Shown: positions 16,666-25,612, counted from the first letter of the stretch. The stretch: DNA of 64,000 nucleotides from an uncultured Christensenella sp. (GCA_949285605.1 CASDZI010000007.1:19387-83386); one strand, 5' to 3'. Notes: a model not told the origin generated them from the letters alone. Numbers and translations: made by a program.

Positions 16666-17760
16666 ATGATTGAAAAAGTTACGGATAAGAAAACTTTAAG
16701 GGAATTCGTTTATTTTACCGAGAAGCTGTACGAGGGCGAGGACAGATACGCACCTCCTTTTTACGGAGCGCTTTACAAGGAACTTTCGAGGGAAGTCCTG
16801 GAGAAAGCCGCATACAAGGCATTTTTAGCAAAAAAGGACGGCAAAATCGCAGGAAGAATACTCTATACCTCGGAGTATAACGAAAAAGAGGGTGGGGTAA
16901 CGGGATATTTTTCCTTATTCGACGCATACGACGACGCCGAGGTTGCCAAAGAACTTTTGCTTGCGGCGGAGAAGGCGGCGGTTGCCGACGGAGCTACCCG
17001 TCTGGAGGGACCATATACGCCCTACGACCCGGACAACCGCAGAGGTATCCTGGTAAAGGGGCAGGAATATCCTGCGATGATCTTCACTTCCTATAACTAT
17101 TCCTATTACGGAGAGTTGCTGGAAAAGGCTGCTTACGTCAAGTCCTGCGACACGGTGGCGTTGAAAATAGATCTGCAAGGCGAGAAAGCGGAATTTCTGA
17201 AAACTCTCGCTTCCGAGGTGCGTAAGAGATTCGACATAAGGGTGGACAGTCTGGATTACTCCCGTTTCGACAGAGACGTCGCCGACGTGGCGAAAATTTT
17301 CGCTTCCGCCACTACCGAGATAAATTATCGGGAAGCGCCTTCGGTAGAGACTATTGCCCGACTTGCAAAAAAAATGAGGTTGTTCATAAATCCCGACCTC
17401 ATAAAGATAGCCCGGGACGCTCACGGCGAACCGATAGGGTTTTGTATGTGTCTGCCCGATTTCAATCAGATAATACGAAAGACCGGGGGAAAAATCAAAC
17501 CTCTGGCTTTTCTTCTCGGCAGGAAAAAAATCACCGCCGCCAGAGGGATGTTGCAGTACGTCGTTCCCGAATATCAGGGGAAGGGCGTTATCGGCGTCCT
17601 GTTCGAGGAAACTTACCGTTCCTTCGAAAAATACGGCATAACGGAATTCGAGGGCGGAACGATTATGGAAGACAATAAAAAGAGTATCGGAGTTCTGGAG
17701 AAATTCGGCGGAAAGATAACCAAAGTTTACAGGCTGTATAAAAAGGAGTTGCAATCATAA
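16666..17760 (+). CDS. GNAT-like N-acyltransferase family protein (long form, ~365 aa)
   Basis: It starts MIEKVTDKKTLREFVYFTEKLYEGEDRYAPPFYGAL, and the central FSLFDAYDDAEVAKELLLAAEKAAVADGATRLEGPY resembles the long GNAT-fold family. ATG 16666 is preferred over 16615. Confidence 0.55.
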   Translation: MIEKVTDKKTLREFVYFTEKLYEGEDRYAPPFYGALYKELSREVLEKAAYKAFLAKKDGKIAGRILYTSEYNEKEGGVTGYFSLFDAYDDAEVAKELLLAAEKAAVADGATRLEGPYTPYDPDNRRGILVKGQEYPAMIFTSYNYSYYGELLEKAAYVKSCDTVALKIDLQGEKAEFLKTLASEVRKRFDIRVDSLDYSRFDRDVADVAKIFASATTEINYREAPSVETIARLAKKMRLFINPDLIKIARDAHGEPIGFCMCLPDFNQIIRKTGGKIKPLAFLLGRKKITAARGMLQYVVPEYQGKGVIGVLFEETYRSFEKYGITEFEGGTIMEDNKKSIGVLEKFGGKITKVYRLYKKELQS

Positions 17761-18950
17761 TGCTCGTAGCCGTTCTGCAGGGTGCGGCAATGCTCGCCGT
17801 CCCGGCGTTGATAATGAAATTCCGAAACAAGGGTCTCGTGAAAGGTATCGGCACGATAGGTATGAGTTATCTTGCCGGGATACTCGTTGCGTTGATTTTT
17901 TTCGGGATAAACAAAGCCGGAGCGGATATCACGCTTAATGCGGACGTAGGAGAGATAGGTTCTCACGCCGCCATAGGGATAGCCATACCCTTGCTTTTAT
18001 TCGGGGCCAACCTGAAAGAAGCCAAAAAACTTTCGGTAAAAGTGGTAGTGGCGTTTACTCTGCTTACGGTGGCGGTAGTGGGAGTGTCGGTGGCGGCGTT
18101 TTTCGCTTTCGGACGGAATCTTAATTACGGAGCCGAGCTTTCCGCCATGGCTACCGGGCTCTATACCGGCGGCACCCCAAACCTCAACGCCATAGGAGCG
18201 ATTTTCGGCGTGGACGAGACCGTCATCGGTTTGGCTAATCTGTCCGATATGATAATAGGCGGAGTGTTTTATCTGTTTTTATTGACTTTATGCAAACCGC
18301 TATTGAAAAAATTCCTGAAAGCGGCGCCGGCGGCAAGTTACATGAAAGACAGAGCCGACTTCGACAATTACGAGGACCTGACCTATAAGACCGTTCCCGA
18401 CAAGAAGTCCTTGATAAAGAACGTCGTAATTGCCTTCCTGATGGCGGCGGCGAGCGCCGGGATAGGCGTACTAATCTGGTATCTTACGGGAGCGGTGCAG
18501 GGGACGATGACCGACTACCTCGTGCCTGCGCTTATGATAGGGGTGACGGTATCGGGGCTTATCGCTTCCTTCAATAAAAAAATACGGGAAGTCAAAGGCA
18601 ACACTTTAATAGGTCAATATCTCATCAACGTCTTCAGCTTCGGGCTGGCAATGAGCCTCAATCTTAACGAAATAGGCAGAAATTTCCCCCAAATGCTGTT
18701 ATTGTACGGGTCGATAACGGTCTGTACTTTCATTGTTCACGTTCTGCTGTGTAAATTGGCGAAAATCGACGTCGATTGCTGTATGGTGACCATGACGGCA
18801 GGTTTATACGGGCCTGCTTTCGTGCCTGCCATCACTTCTCAGATAAAAAACGACGAGCTCACCGCCCCGGGGCTTATTTGCGGCGCCATAGGGTATGCGA
18901 TAGGAACTTTCCTCGGACTGGGGATAGGTTTGTTGTTGCGGTTGGTTTAG
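17760..18950 (+). CDS. Polytopic integral membrane protein (DUF819-like putative transporter)
   Basis: 396-aa ORF. Its start overlaps the upstream stop (TAATG). About 10 or more hydrophobic helices throughout. Confidence 0.5.
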   Translation: MLVAVLQGAAMLAVPALIMKFRNKGLVKGIGTIGMSYLAGILVALIFFGINKAGADITLNADVGEIGSHAAIGIAIPLLLFGANLKEAKKLSVKVVVAFTLLTVAVVGVSVAAFFAFGRNLNYGAELSAMATGLYTGGTPNLNAIGAIFGVDETVIGLANLSDMIIGGVFYLFLLTLCKPLLKKFLKAAPAASYMKDRADFDNYEDLTYKTVPDKKSLIKNVVIAFLMAAASAGIGVLIWYLTGAVQGTMTDYLVPALMIGVTVSGLIASFNKKIREVKGNTLIGQYLINVFSFGLAMSLNLNEIGRNFPQMLLLYGSITVCTFIVHVLLCKLAKIDVDCCMVTMTAGLYGPAFVPAITSQIKNDELTAPGLICGAIGYAIGTFLGLGIGLLLRLV

Positions 18951-18976
18951 CTTTTCTTACCGAAATTATTTTTACG

Positions 18977-18998
18977 CCCTCTTTAAGAGGGTTTTTTT
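18977..18998 (+). terminator. Intrinsic terminator
   Basis: ccctct-tta-agaggg followed by T7. Confidence 0.7.
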
Positions 18999-19080
18999 AT
19001 TGCGGACGCTACACTTTGTACCGACTTGTCTCATAGTTATGTAAGGAAGGACGTCCGTCCTCGGAAAGGGAGAACAGCAT

Positions 19081-19281
19081 ATGAGCTTCGTGAAAAGATA
19101 TTCCTCGGTAAGACAAGCCGAAACCGTTTTTACGGGAAATACCCTTTGCCTTTCGCCTTTGGCGGACGTTACCGGGGATATAGCGGGTTCGGGAGCGTTC
19201 GATTGCGTGCTGGAGGATCCTTTGCCGAGTCTTACCCGAGGCGAGAGCGTGACCGTGATTTTTACGGTGGAGGCGGAATAA
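19081..19281 (+). CDS. Small hypothetical protein (66 aa)
   Basis: AAGGGAG RBS 7 nt upstream of the ATG. Protein-like composition (MSFVKRYSSVRQAETVFTGNTLCLSPLADVTGDIAGSGAFDCVLEDPLPSLTRGESVTVIFTVEAE). Its stop overlaps the next start (TAATG). Confidence 0.45.
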   Translation: MSFVKRYSSVRQAETVFTGNTLCLSPLADVTGDIAGSGAFDCVLEDPLPSLTRGESVTVIFTVEAE

Positions 19282-19487
19282 TGAAAGAGATAATCAATAC
19301 TCCTTACGTCTATAAAAACGGAGAACTTTACGCCACCGGCAATACCGTCGTCACCGTCGTGGAAGATCCTGTGGCGATAAAGCTGCCGCCCTGTGCTCCG
19401 TGTTTTCCTTTTGCGGTAAACACCCGTTGCATAAACAGGAACGCTTTCTGTGATAGGTTAAGGTGTTTATTAAGATGTTTTCGCTAA
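19281..19487 (+). CDS. Small hypothetical protein (68 aa) with Cys-rich C-terminus
   Basis: Translationally coupled to the preceding ORF, with GGAGG upstream. Six Cys in the last 31 residues (PPCAPCFPFAVNTRCINRNAFCDRLRCLLRCFR). The distal half uses rarer codons, so the true extent is uncertain. Confidence 0.35.
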   Translation: MKEIINTPYVYKNGELYATGNTVVTVVEDPVAIKLPPCAPCFPFAVNTRCINRNAFCDRLRCLLRCFR

Positions 19488-19523
19488 AACAGGTATCCGA
19501 AAATTAAATTTCAGATACCTGTT
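19488..19523. terminator. Hairpin between convergent genes (likely terminator of the flavin oxidoreductase gene)
   Basis: aacaggtatc (19488-19497) pairs with gatacctgtt (19514-19523). On the minus strand it is followed by TTTT. Confidence 0.5.
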
Positions 19524-19557
19524 ATAAGGATTTCAAAAAATCATTTAAGCCGACCGA

Positions 19558-21612
19558 CTATAAGGCAAGAGCGGTTTTCCAGGCTTGCCAGACCACGGTG
19601 CGGAGGTTGCCCACCTTTTTGGCGTCGCCCACGAAACGGACTTTTCTTCCCAAAGACAGCGGAGCGGGGATATATCCTACCGAAACTATCACGTCGTCGA
19701 CGTCGAGGAGGAGTTCTTTCCCGTCCTTATCTTTTACGGTGACGTAACCGTCGCCTATTTCCTTTACCGTGCTTTCGAGGTAAACGGGAACTTCGTTACA
19801 TTCGAAAAAGTCCCTCAGATAAGAGGAGTTGGCAAGGCACAGTCCTCTTACCGCCATAAGATCGTTCTTGGCTTCCACGATAAAGGGCTTTTTCCCCTGC
19901 AGGAAGAGTTCGTAAGCTATTTCGCAACCGGTCAGTCCGCCGCCGATTATCGCCACACGTTCTCCCACGGCTTTTTTACCTTCCAGAAAATCCACCGCTT
20001 CCACGGCTTTTTCTATCCCGGGCAGACGGAGCTTTCGGGCGGTCGCTCCCGTGGCCACTACCACTTCGTCGAAGTCGGCGAGGGCGGATACGTCTTTTAT
20101 TTCGGTATTCAGTTTTATTTCCACGGGCAGCTCGGCGATTTTGGCTCGGTACCACTCGATGAGCTGTTTGTCCTTTTCCTTGAACGAGAAATTGGCTGCG
20201 GCGACGAAAACCCCTCCCAAACGGTCGGTCTTTTCGAAGAGGGTAACTTTATGTCCTCGCAAAGCGGCTATCCTTGCCGTCTCCATACCGCCCACGCCGC
20301 CGCCTATAACGGCGACTTTCTTGATTTTCTTAGCGGGTCTTATGTCGTATTTATGACCCTGCATGGTTTGCGGATTGAGGGCGCAACGGGCCATATGGGA
20401 AGCGTCGTCGAAGGTCTCGTCGTTGGCTGCGCCTTTGTAGTGGGCGAGGGGGAAACAGGCGTTGTGACAGCAGATACAGGGCAAAATATCCTGCATGCGG
20501 TCCTCCAGAAGTTTGGTGACCCACTCTCCGTCGGCGAGGAATTGTCTCGCCACGCCCATAGCGTCGATTTTGCCGTCCTTTATCGCCTCTGCTCCGACCT
20601 CGGGGGTCATTCTGCCTGCGCATACCACGGGAATGTCCACGAACTTTTTAATGTGAGCCACGTCTTCGAGGTTGCAGTTGACGGGCATGTATGCCGGCGG
20701 ATGAGCCCAGTACCAGGCGTCGTAGGTGCCGTTGTCGGCGTTGAGCATATCGTAGCCTGCGTCCTGAAGGTATTTTGCCGCTTTTTCGCTCTCCTCCATA
20801 TCCCTGCCGATCTCCGTATATTCCTCTCCCGGCATCGCCCCTTTGCAGAAGTCCTTGGTCTTGCTTATTACCGAATAACGCAAACTTACCGGATAATTTT
20901 CGCCGCAGGCGTTTTTTATGGCTTTTACCACTTCCACCGGGAAACGGTAGCGGTTTTCGAAGCTTCCGCCGTACTCGTCGGTACGGAAATTGGTGTAAGG
21001 CAGGGTGAACTGGTCCAGAAGATAACCTTCGTGCACGGCGTGAACTTCCACTCCGTCCACTCCCGCTTCCTTGCAAAGCAATGCGGTTTTGGCAAAAGCC
21101 TTCACCATTTGGGCGATTTCCTCCTTGGTGAGGGCTCGGCAGGTGACGCCTTCCGCCCACCTCGAGGGCAATTCGCTGGGAGAAGCGCAGATGTAAGAGG
21201 CGTCCACTATGGGTTTTGCGATCGCTCCTATCAACTTGTTTTTCAATAAAATAACGAGATTGTCGGTTATGGCGAAGGAACGGCCGAAACCTGCGGTGAG
21301 CTGAACGAAAAGCTTGGCGCCGGTTTTATGCAGTTCTTCCATATAGGTTTTCAGCTTACGGAACATTCCCTTGTTCTGATAAAGCCATCTGCCTCCTATG
21401 GTGTCTCGCAACGGAGCGATGCCGGGGATTATCAGTCCCACGTTGTTTTTAGCCTTTTCCATAAAAAATTCGGCGGCTATTTTGTCGAAATGATTGGGTT
21501 CCATCCAACCGAAAAGCGAAGTTCCGCCCATGGGACACATCACTATGCGGTTTTTGATCTCCACGTCCCTTATTTTCCAGGGAGTAAACAGCGGTTCGTA
21601 TTTTTTATCCAT
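19558..21612 (-). CDS. Old-Yellow-Enzyme-family NADH:flavin oxidoreductase / 2,4-dienoyl-CoA-reductase-like (FMN + 4Fe-4S + FAD/NAD domains)
   Basis: 684-aa ORF with AAGGAG RBS. OYE TIM-barrel N-terminus (IKNRIVMCPMGG, VEVHAVHEGYLLDQF), Cys cluster CICCHNAC and C-terminal Rossmann motifs (VAVIGGGVGGMETA, VAIIGGGLTGCEIA). Confidence 0.85.
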   Translation of the reverse strand: MDKKYEPLFTPWKIRDVEIKNRIVMCPMGGTSLFGWMEPNHFDKIAAEFFMEKAKNNVGLIIPGIAPLRDTIGGRWLYQNKGMFRKLKTYMEELHKTGAKLFVQLTAGFGRSFAITDNLVILLKNKLIGAIAKPIVDASYICASPSELPSRWAEGVTCRALTKEEIAQMVKAFAKTALLCKEAGVDGVEVHAVHEGYLLDQFTLPYTNFRTDEYGGSFENRYRFPVEVVKAIKNACGENYPVSLRYSVISKTKDFCKGAMPGEEYTEIGRDMEESEKAAKYLQDAGYDMLNADNGTYDAWYWAHPPAYMPVNCNLEDVAHIKKFVDIPVVCAGRMTPEVGAEAIKDGKIDAMGVARQFLADGEWVTKLLEDRMQDILPCICCHNACFPLAHYKGAANDETFDDASHMARCALNPQTMQGHKYDIRPAKKIKKVAVIGGGVGGMETARIAALRGHKVTLFEKTDRLGGVFVAAANFSFKEKDKQLIEWYRAKIAELPVEIKLNTEIKDVSALADFDEVVVATGATARKLRLPGIEKAVEAVDFLEGKKAVGERVAIIGGGLTGCEIAYELFLQGKKPFIVEAKNDLMAVRGLCLANSSYLRDFFECNEVPVYLESTVKEIGDGYVTVKDKDGKELLLDVDDVIVSVGYIPAPLSLGRKVRFVGDAKKVGNLRTVVWQAWKTALAL

Positions 21613-21699
21613 ACCCGTATTCTCCTTATTTTTTTTCTTATTAGTTTAAGTATAAATTATCGGGAAAGCGCAAGTCAATACGCTTTCGGCGGCGGAAGA

Positions 21700-21725
21700 G
21701 CAAAAACGGCGGAAAATCCGCCGTT
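21700..21725 (-). terminator. Intrinsic terminator of ypeB
   Basis: Read on the minus strand: aacggcgga-ttt-tccgccgtt followed by TTTTT. Confidence 0.7.
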
Positions 21726-21753
21726 CGTGAAAGGAAAAAGGTACGCAGAAGTA

Positions 21754-23055
21754 TCACATAAGGAGTTTTCCGTTTTCGTCGATGACCACGAGAACTTTTA
21801 TTTCCTCTCCGCTTTCGGGGTCGAAATACAGATAATATACCACGTCGTCTTTGGTGGCTACTATTTCTTTCGCCGCAAGCTCGGTATTCCATTCGGTGGG
21901 AATGACGCAATAGGTCTGACTTTTCACCGTGAGAGAGGGGTCAAGGGTGATACTGTTCTGTTCGGGGAAGGAGAAAGTCCTTTCGGTGTGGTTGTAGAGG
22001 TAATTCTGCGCTTCCATTCCCAGCAGGGCGCCGCTTTGGGAGCAAATTTTCAGTTTGATGAGGTCGGGGTAATATATCACGCCGTCCTGTTCGTAAGCGA
22101 AATTGATATAGACGGTGGAGTCGTCGTTGCTGACCCAGACTTCCTTCATATCGTCGTAACCGAAAGAAGCGAGATGCCTTGCGGCTTTTGCCACGCATTC
22201 CTCTTCGGAAAGGACGGGATCGGTGACTTCACGGAAAGCGCTGTACATAACGAGATAACCGCCGATAGTCGTGATCTGAGCCGTGGCGTCCACGCCGTCG
22301 TTTTTAAGGGAAAACAGATAGGTGGGCAGGGACGCCGAACTCGTCCCGACCAACTCTATATCGGTAGCGTCGGGGAAAAGTTCCTTTACCTTTTCCGCAG
22401 CCTGTTCCTGCGTGACCTCGACTTTTCCTGAGAGGAACTTGGCTTCTCTGTCGTTAAGTCCGTCGCTGAAAGGTCCGTCGTAAATCATTTCCGGATATTC
22501 CACAGTGGAATGATTTTTTATCGCGTCGGCAATCAAGCTGTAATCGGTCAGGACGGAGGAGTCTATCTTATCGCCGTTTATCAGTTTGTCGTGGGCGGAT
22601 ATAAGACTTTCGTTGACGGTGCCGACGATGTTGAGATACTCGGTGAGATTGGTTTTTTCCTCTTCGTTCAAGGAGGCGCTTTTCAGCTTCACCGCAAGGT
22701 AGTAGCTGTAGTCTCCAAGCTGATTAATGAACTTGATTAAATTCGTACTTTCCTCGCTTTCGGTAACCAGTTGCGAAAGATTGGAAGCCGCTACGTCACA
22801 TTCTCTCCATATATCGTTGAGAAGCTGCTGTTTTAAGGCAGAGCTTTGTATCACGTTTACTTTAGATAATTTTATTTCCACGTCGGACAGGCTGTCCATC
22901 GCTTCGAAGTAAGACTTTTCGTAAACGGAATTAAGTCTGGCGTCGCCGTCTTTGCGTTTGCTTTCGATAATGCCTAAAGCTATCGAAAGACCCGTTACGG
23001 CAAGGAGCAGAACGACGGAGATGACGACGGTTACGATTTTACTTTTTTTGGTCAT
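21754..23055 (-). CDS. ypeB: Germination protein YpeB
   Basis: 433-aa ORF with an N-terminal membrane anchor and C-terminal PepSY-like repeats. It lies directly downstream of sleB, as in the canonical sleB-ypeB operon. Confidence 0.8.
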   Translation of the reverse strand: MTKKSKIVTVVISVVLLLAVTGLSIALGIIESKRKDGDARLNSVYEKSYFEAMDSLSDVEIKLSKVNVIQSSALKQQLLNDIWRECDVAASNLSQLVTESEESTNLIKFINQLGDYSYYLAVKLKSASLNEEEKTNLTEYLNIVGTVNESLISAHDKLINGDKIDSSVLTDYSLIADAIKNHSTVEYPEMIYDGPFSDGLNDREAKFLSGKVEVTQEQAAEKVKELFPDATDIELVGTSSASLPTYLFSLKNDGVDATAQITTIGGYLVMYSAFREVTDPVLSEEECVAKAARHLASFGYDDMKEVWVSNDDSTVYINFAYEQDGVIYYPDLIKLKICSQSGALLGMEAQNYLYNHTERTFSFPEQNSITLDPSLTVKSQTYCVIPTEWNTELAAKEIVATKDDVVYYLYFDPESGEEIKVLVVIDENGKLLM

Positions 23056-23067
23056 GGGTTTCCTCCT

Positions 23068-23790
23068 TTACACGCAGAAAACGTGGTCGCCTATGGTAAG
23101 ACGTATTTCTTTCTGTCTTATCCAGGCGTTGGTGGCGGTCCTGGGATTGTAATAATATAGGCAGCCGTAGGTGGGATCCCAGCCGTTGAGGGCGTCCTGA
23201 GCGGCTCTGATTGCGGTGGAGTTGGGGGTGAGATTGATTTGTCCGTCGTCCACCACGCTGAAAGCTCCCGATTGGTAAATTACTCCGCTTATGGTGTTGG
23301 GGAAAAGGGAGCTTCTGACCCTGTTCAGGACCACCGCCGCCACGGCTACCTGTCCCACATAAGGCTCTCCTCTGGCTTCGCCGTAGACCAGACGGGCAAG
23401 GAGATAGGCGTCGTTACTGCCCGAGGTGGACGAAGAGTTGAGGTTTATCCCCATCGCCGCCGCCGTAGCCGGTCCGACTATTCCGTCCACGGCAAGCCCG
23501 TTGGTGCGTTGAAAATATTTGACTGCGGCGGTGGTCTTGCTTCCGAAGATTCCGTCCACTTCTCCGGTGTAATAACCCCAGTTTTTCAATTTGGTCTGAA
23601 TGGTGCGTACCACCGTGCCCGTGCTTCCCTGCCGGTAAGTGGCGGCTTCGGCGTCGGCGTCGCTTCGGTCTGCCACCGCAAACAGCAACACCCCGACGAT
23701 GACCGTAGCCAGCACGAGGGCGACGCAGAAAATCGCATTGAGAACGGTGATTTTCCCGCTGCGGTTCAGTCTGATGATTTTTTGTTTCAT
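23068..23790 (-). CDS. sleB: Spore cortex-lytic enzyme SleB
   Basis: N-terminal anchor, PG_binding_1 repeat (VRTIQTKLKNWGYYTGEVDGIFGSKTTAAVKYFQRTNGLAVDGIVG) and SleB hydrolase domain (ARLVYGEARGEPYVGQVAVAAVVLNRV...). Confidence 0.85.
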   Translation of the reverse strand: MKQKIIRLNRSGKITVLNAIFCVALVLATVIVGVLLFAVADRSDADAEAATYRQGSTGTVVRTIQTKLKNWGYYTGEVDGIFGSKTTAAVKYFQRTNGLAVDGIVGPATAAAMGINLNSSSTSGSNDAYLLARLVYGEARGEPYVGQVAVAAVVLNRVRSSLFPNTISGVIYQSGAFSVVDDGQINLTPNSTAIRAAQDALNGWDPTYGCLYYYNPRTATNAWIRQKEIRLTIGDHVFCV

Positions 23791-24320
23791 TTATTCCTCC
23801 AATTTTTTATTAGTTCGGCTAAAAAAGATTTATACGTCGTTTCCTCCCCCTCTTTTTCTCCCACGAAACACAGGGGAGGGTACGCCACGCACCACCAGTT
23901 GTCGCCTTCGCCGCTTCCCAATTCGATTATCACCGCACGGTACTCGCCTCCGTCGAAAACCGCCTCCCCGTAACTTTTGGTGGGGAAGTATTCGGTGCGT
24001 ATTTCCGCTTTCACGGGATAAGTTTCTCCGTTCTCGGCGAGCGTTTTCCGTCCGAGTTTTTCCAAAGCGGAGAGGTTGTCCGAGATTATTTTTTCCGCTT
24101 CGGCGGCTTTTTCAGCGTCCTCGAGCAAAGGGGTAAGGAAAGCCACTATTTCGTCCCGCACGCGGAGTTTGAGACTCTGATCCCGTTCGGAATTACTGTT
24201 GGCACGGATATGTAACCGCAAACAGTCGTCGGCTTCCGTTACTTTTTCGGTGCAGCCCGAAAGGAAAAACGATATCGAAAATATGGCGAGTATCGCCGTA
24301 AAAAGCAGAAATTTTTTCAT
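23787..24320 (-). CDS. spoIIR: Stage II sporulation protein R
   Basis: Signal/lipobox-like N-terminus (FFLSGC). SpoIIR signature LRLHIRANSNSERDQSLKLRVRDEI and WWCVAYPPLCF. Its stop overlaps the sleB start by 4 nt. Confidence 0.85.
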   Translation of the reverse strand: MKKFLLFTAILAIFSISFFLSGCTEKVTEADDCLRLHIRANSNSERDQSLKLRVRDEIVAFLTPLLEDAEKAAEAEKIISDNLSALEKLGRKTLAENGETYPVKAEIRTEYFPTKSYGEAVFDGGEYRAVIIELGSGEGDNWWCVAYPPLCFVGEKEGEETTYKSFLAELIKNWRNK

Positions 24321-24426
24321 AATGCGGTATTATTGCCTTTCGTAAAAGAAATATACGGCGAAATAAAACGCTCCGTCTCCTTTTTACTGGACAAAAAGCG
24401 ATAAAAAGGATAAAATACGGATATGC

Positions 24427-25185
24427 TTGAATTTAAGAAGGAGGATAAGATACGCCGTCGGAGAAGGGACGCTGTTTTTGGCGGAAATCAAAGAAGACAA
24501 GGCGGTGTTTTACTATCCTATCGGCGGCGACGAAGACAAGGCGTTGCGCGAAATCGACGAGTTCTGCCGTCAAAACGGTTTGATTATGCAATTCCGTTTT
24601 CTGAGCGGAGAGCAGGCGGAAAAAATAAAATCTTTTTTCGGGAAGGAGAGCCGTCCCGATCGGGACTGGGCGGATTATCTCTATTCCGCTGCGGAACTGA
24701 AAACCCTTTCGGGCAAAAAATGTCACGGACATAAGAATTTCGTCAACCGTTTTTCCAGGGAATATCCCGATCATAAATTCCTGCCGTACGACGTGACGAT
24801 GCGACCGCTCGCCGAAGAATTTGCCGAAAAGTTTTACGACGAAGAGAACAAGGACAGCAGGATTTTCAAGGAAGAAAAGCGGATTTTTTGCCGTATTTTA
24901 TCGGAATACGGAGAAACGGGACAGGCAGGCGGAGTGCTGACGGTGGGCGGCAAGATCGTGGCGATAACCTTCGGCGAAGTGGTGGGCGACACCCTTTACG
25001 TTCATTTCGAGAAGGCGTTACGGGAGTATAAAGGCAGTTACGCTATGATAAATTACCTTTTCGTCAACAGTTTCCGAACGCCATTCGAATACGTCAACAG
25101 GGAAGAGGACGTCGGGGACGAAGGGTTGAGGCAGGCAAAACTCAATTTGCACCCCGTTCGGCTGATAGAAAAGTTTTTCACCTGA
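24427..25185 (+). CDS. DUF2156-family protein (lysyl-PG-synthase C-terminal-domain-like), 5' end unresolved or possibly degraded
   Basis: The body has the family-like DYLYSAAELKTLSGKKCHGHKNFVNRF. The only ATG (24423, MLEFKKEDK) is in a different frame from the conserved body, and the in-frame start is TTG 24427 without a good RBS. Confidence 0.55.
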   Translation: MNLRRRIRYAVGEGTLFLAEIKEDKAVFYYPIGGDEDKALREIDEFCRQNGLIMQFRFLSGEQAEKIKSFFGKESRPDRDWADYLYSAAELKTLSGKKCHGHKNFVNRFSREYPDHKFLPYDVTMRPLAEEFAEKFYDEENKDSRIFKEEKRIFCRILSEYGETGQAGGVLTVGGKIVAITFGEVVGDTLYVHFEKALREYKGSYAMINYLFVNSFRTPFEYVNREEDVGDEGLRQAKLNLHPVRLIEKFFT

Positions 25186-25289
25186 AAGCCCGAAAACTCC
25201 CTCGGTAAAAAATTAACCGAAAACGCTTGAAAAAAAAATGTTTATATGATAAAATAACCAAGCATAATATCGTTAGAGGTGTTAAAAGA

Positions 25290-25586
25290 ATGTTAGGAAT
25301 GATGTTGGCGGCGGTGGAGCCGTATAAAGTTTATAACGCTTTCTCCATAGTTTTTATGGTACTTATGGTGTTACTGAGCATCGCTATGATAATAATAGTG
25401 GTATTGCAGCAGGGAAACACCAATAACCTGGGAGCTATAGCCGGCGGAGCCGAATCCTTCTTCGGGAAAAACAAAGCCCGCAGCCTGGACGGGAAATTCA
25501 AACGCTGGACTATCATAATCGCAGCCGCCATTCTCGTAAGCAGTATTTTGTTCTTCGTGTTCCAGATTTTGAAGAACTCTCTGTAA
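25290..25586 (+). CDS. secG: Preprotein translocase subunit SecG
   Basis: MLGMMLAAVEPYKVYNAFSIVFMVLMVLLSIAMIIIVVLQQGNTNNLGAIAGGAESFFGKNKAR.. with a second TM helix. ATG 25290 follows AGAGGTG; the track start at 25227 is rejected. Confidence 0.8.
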   Translation: MLGMMLAAVEPYKVYNAFSIVFMVLMVLLSIAMIIIVVLQQGNTNNLGAIAGGAESFFGKNKARSLDGKFKRWTIIIAAAILVSSILFFVFQILKNSL

Positions 25587-25612
25587 GAGAATTTACCGAC
25601 CGATTAAAGCAA

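Noticed and set aside
19026-19487. 153-aa ORF spanning both small ORFs in one frame.
   Set aside because: Its first 85 residues are Arg/Gly-rich low-complexity sequence with no RBS. The alternative frame (19081-19281) has a good RBS and protein-like sequence and is coupled by TAATG to the in-frame distal part, so the two-gene reading is preferred.
19585-21249. 554-aa ORF antisense to the flavin oxidoreductase gene. Similar long antisense ORFs occur at 16915-17754, 21328-22431, 27087-28238, 28409-29233, 32190-33434, 35270-36355, 38237-39553, 42131-43264, 48843-50135 and 60533-61276.
   Set aside because: Where I checked (19585 versus 19558, 50135 versus 48744, 28238 versus 27534), the antisense frame is exactly codon-aligned with the sense gene. 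That is the frame kept open simply when the sense strand avoids TTA/CTA/TCA codons. The products are Arg/Gly/His-rich nonsense, lack RBSs, and some run straight across intergenic gaps. This is a codon-bias artefact, not overlapping genes.
24423-24734. 103-aa ORF MLEFKKEDKIRRRRRD...
   Set aside because: After ~10 codons it is Arg-rich nonsense overlapping the DUF2156 body in another frame. It is retained only as evidence of a possible frameshift.
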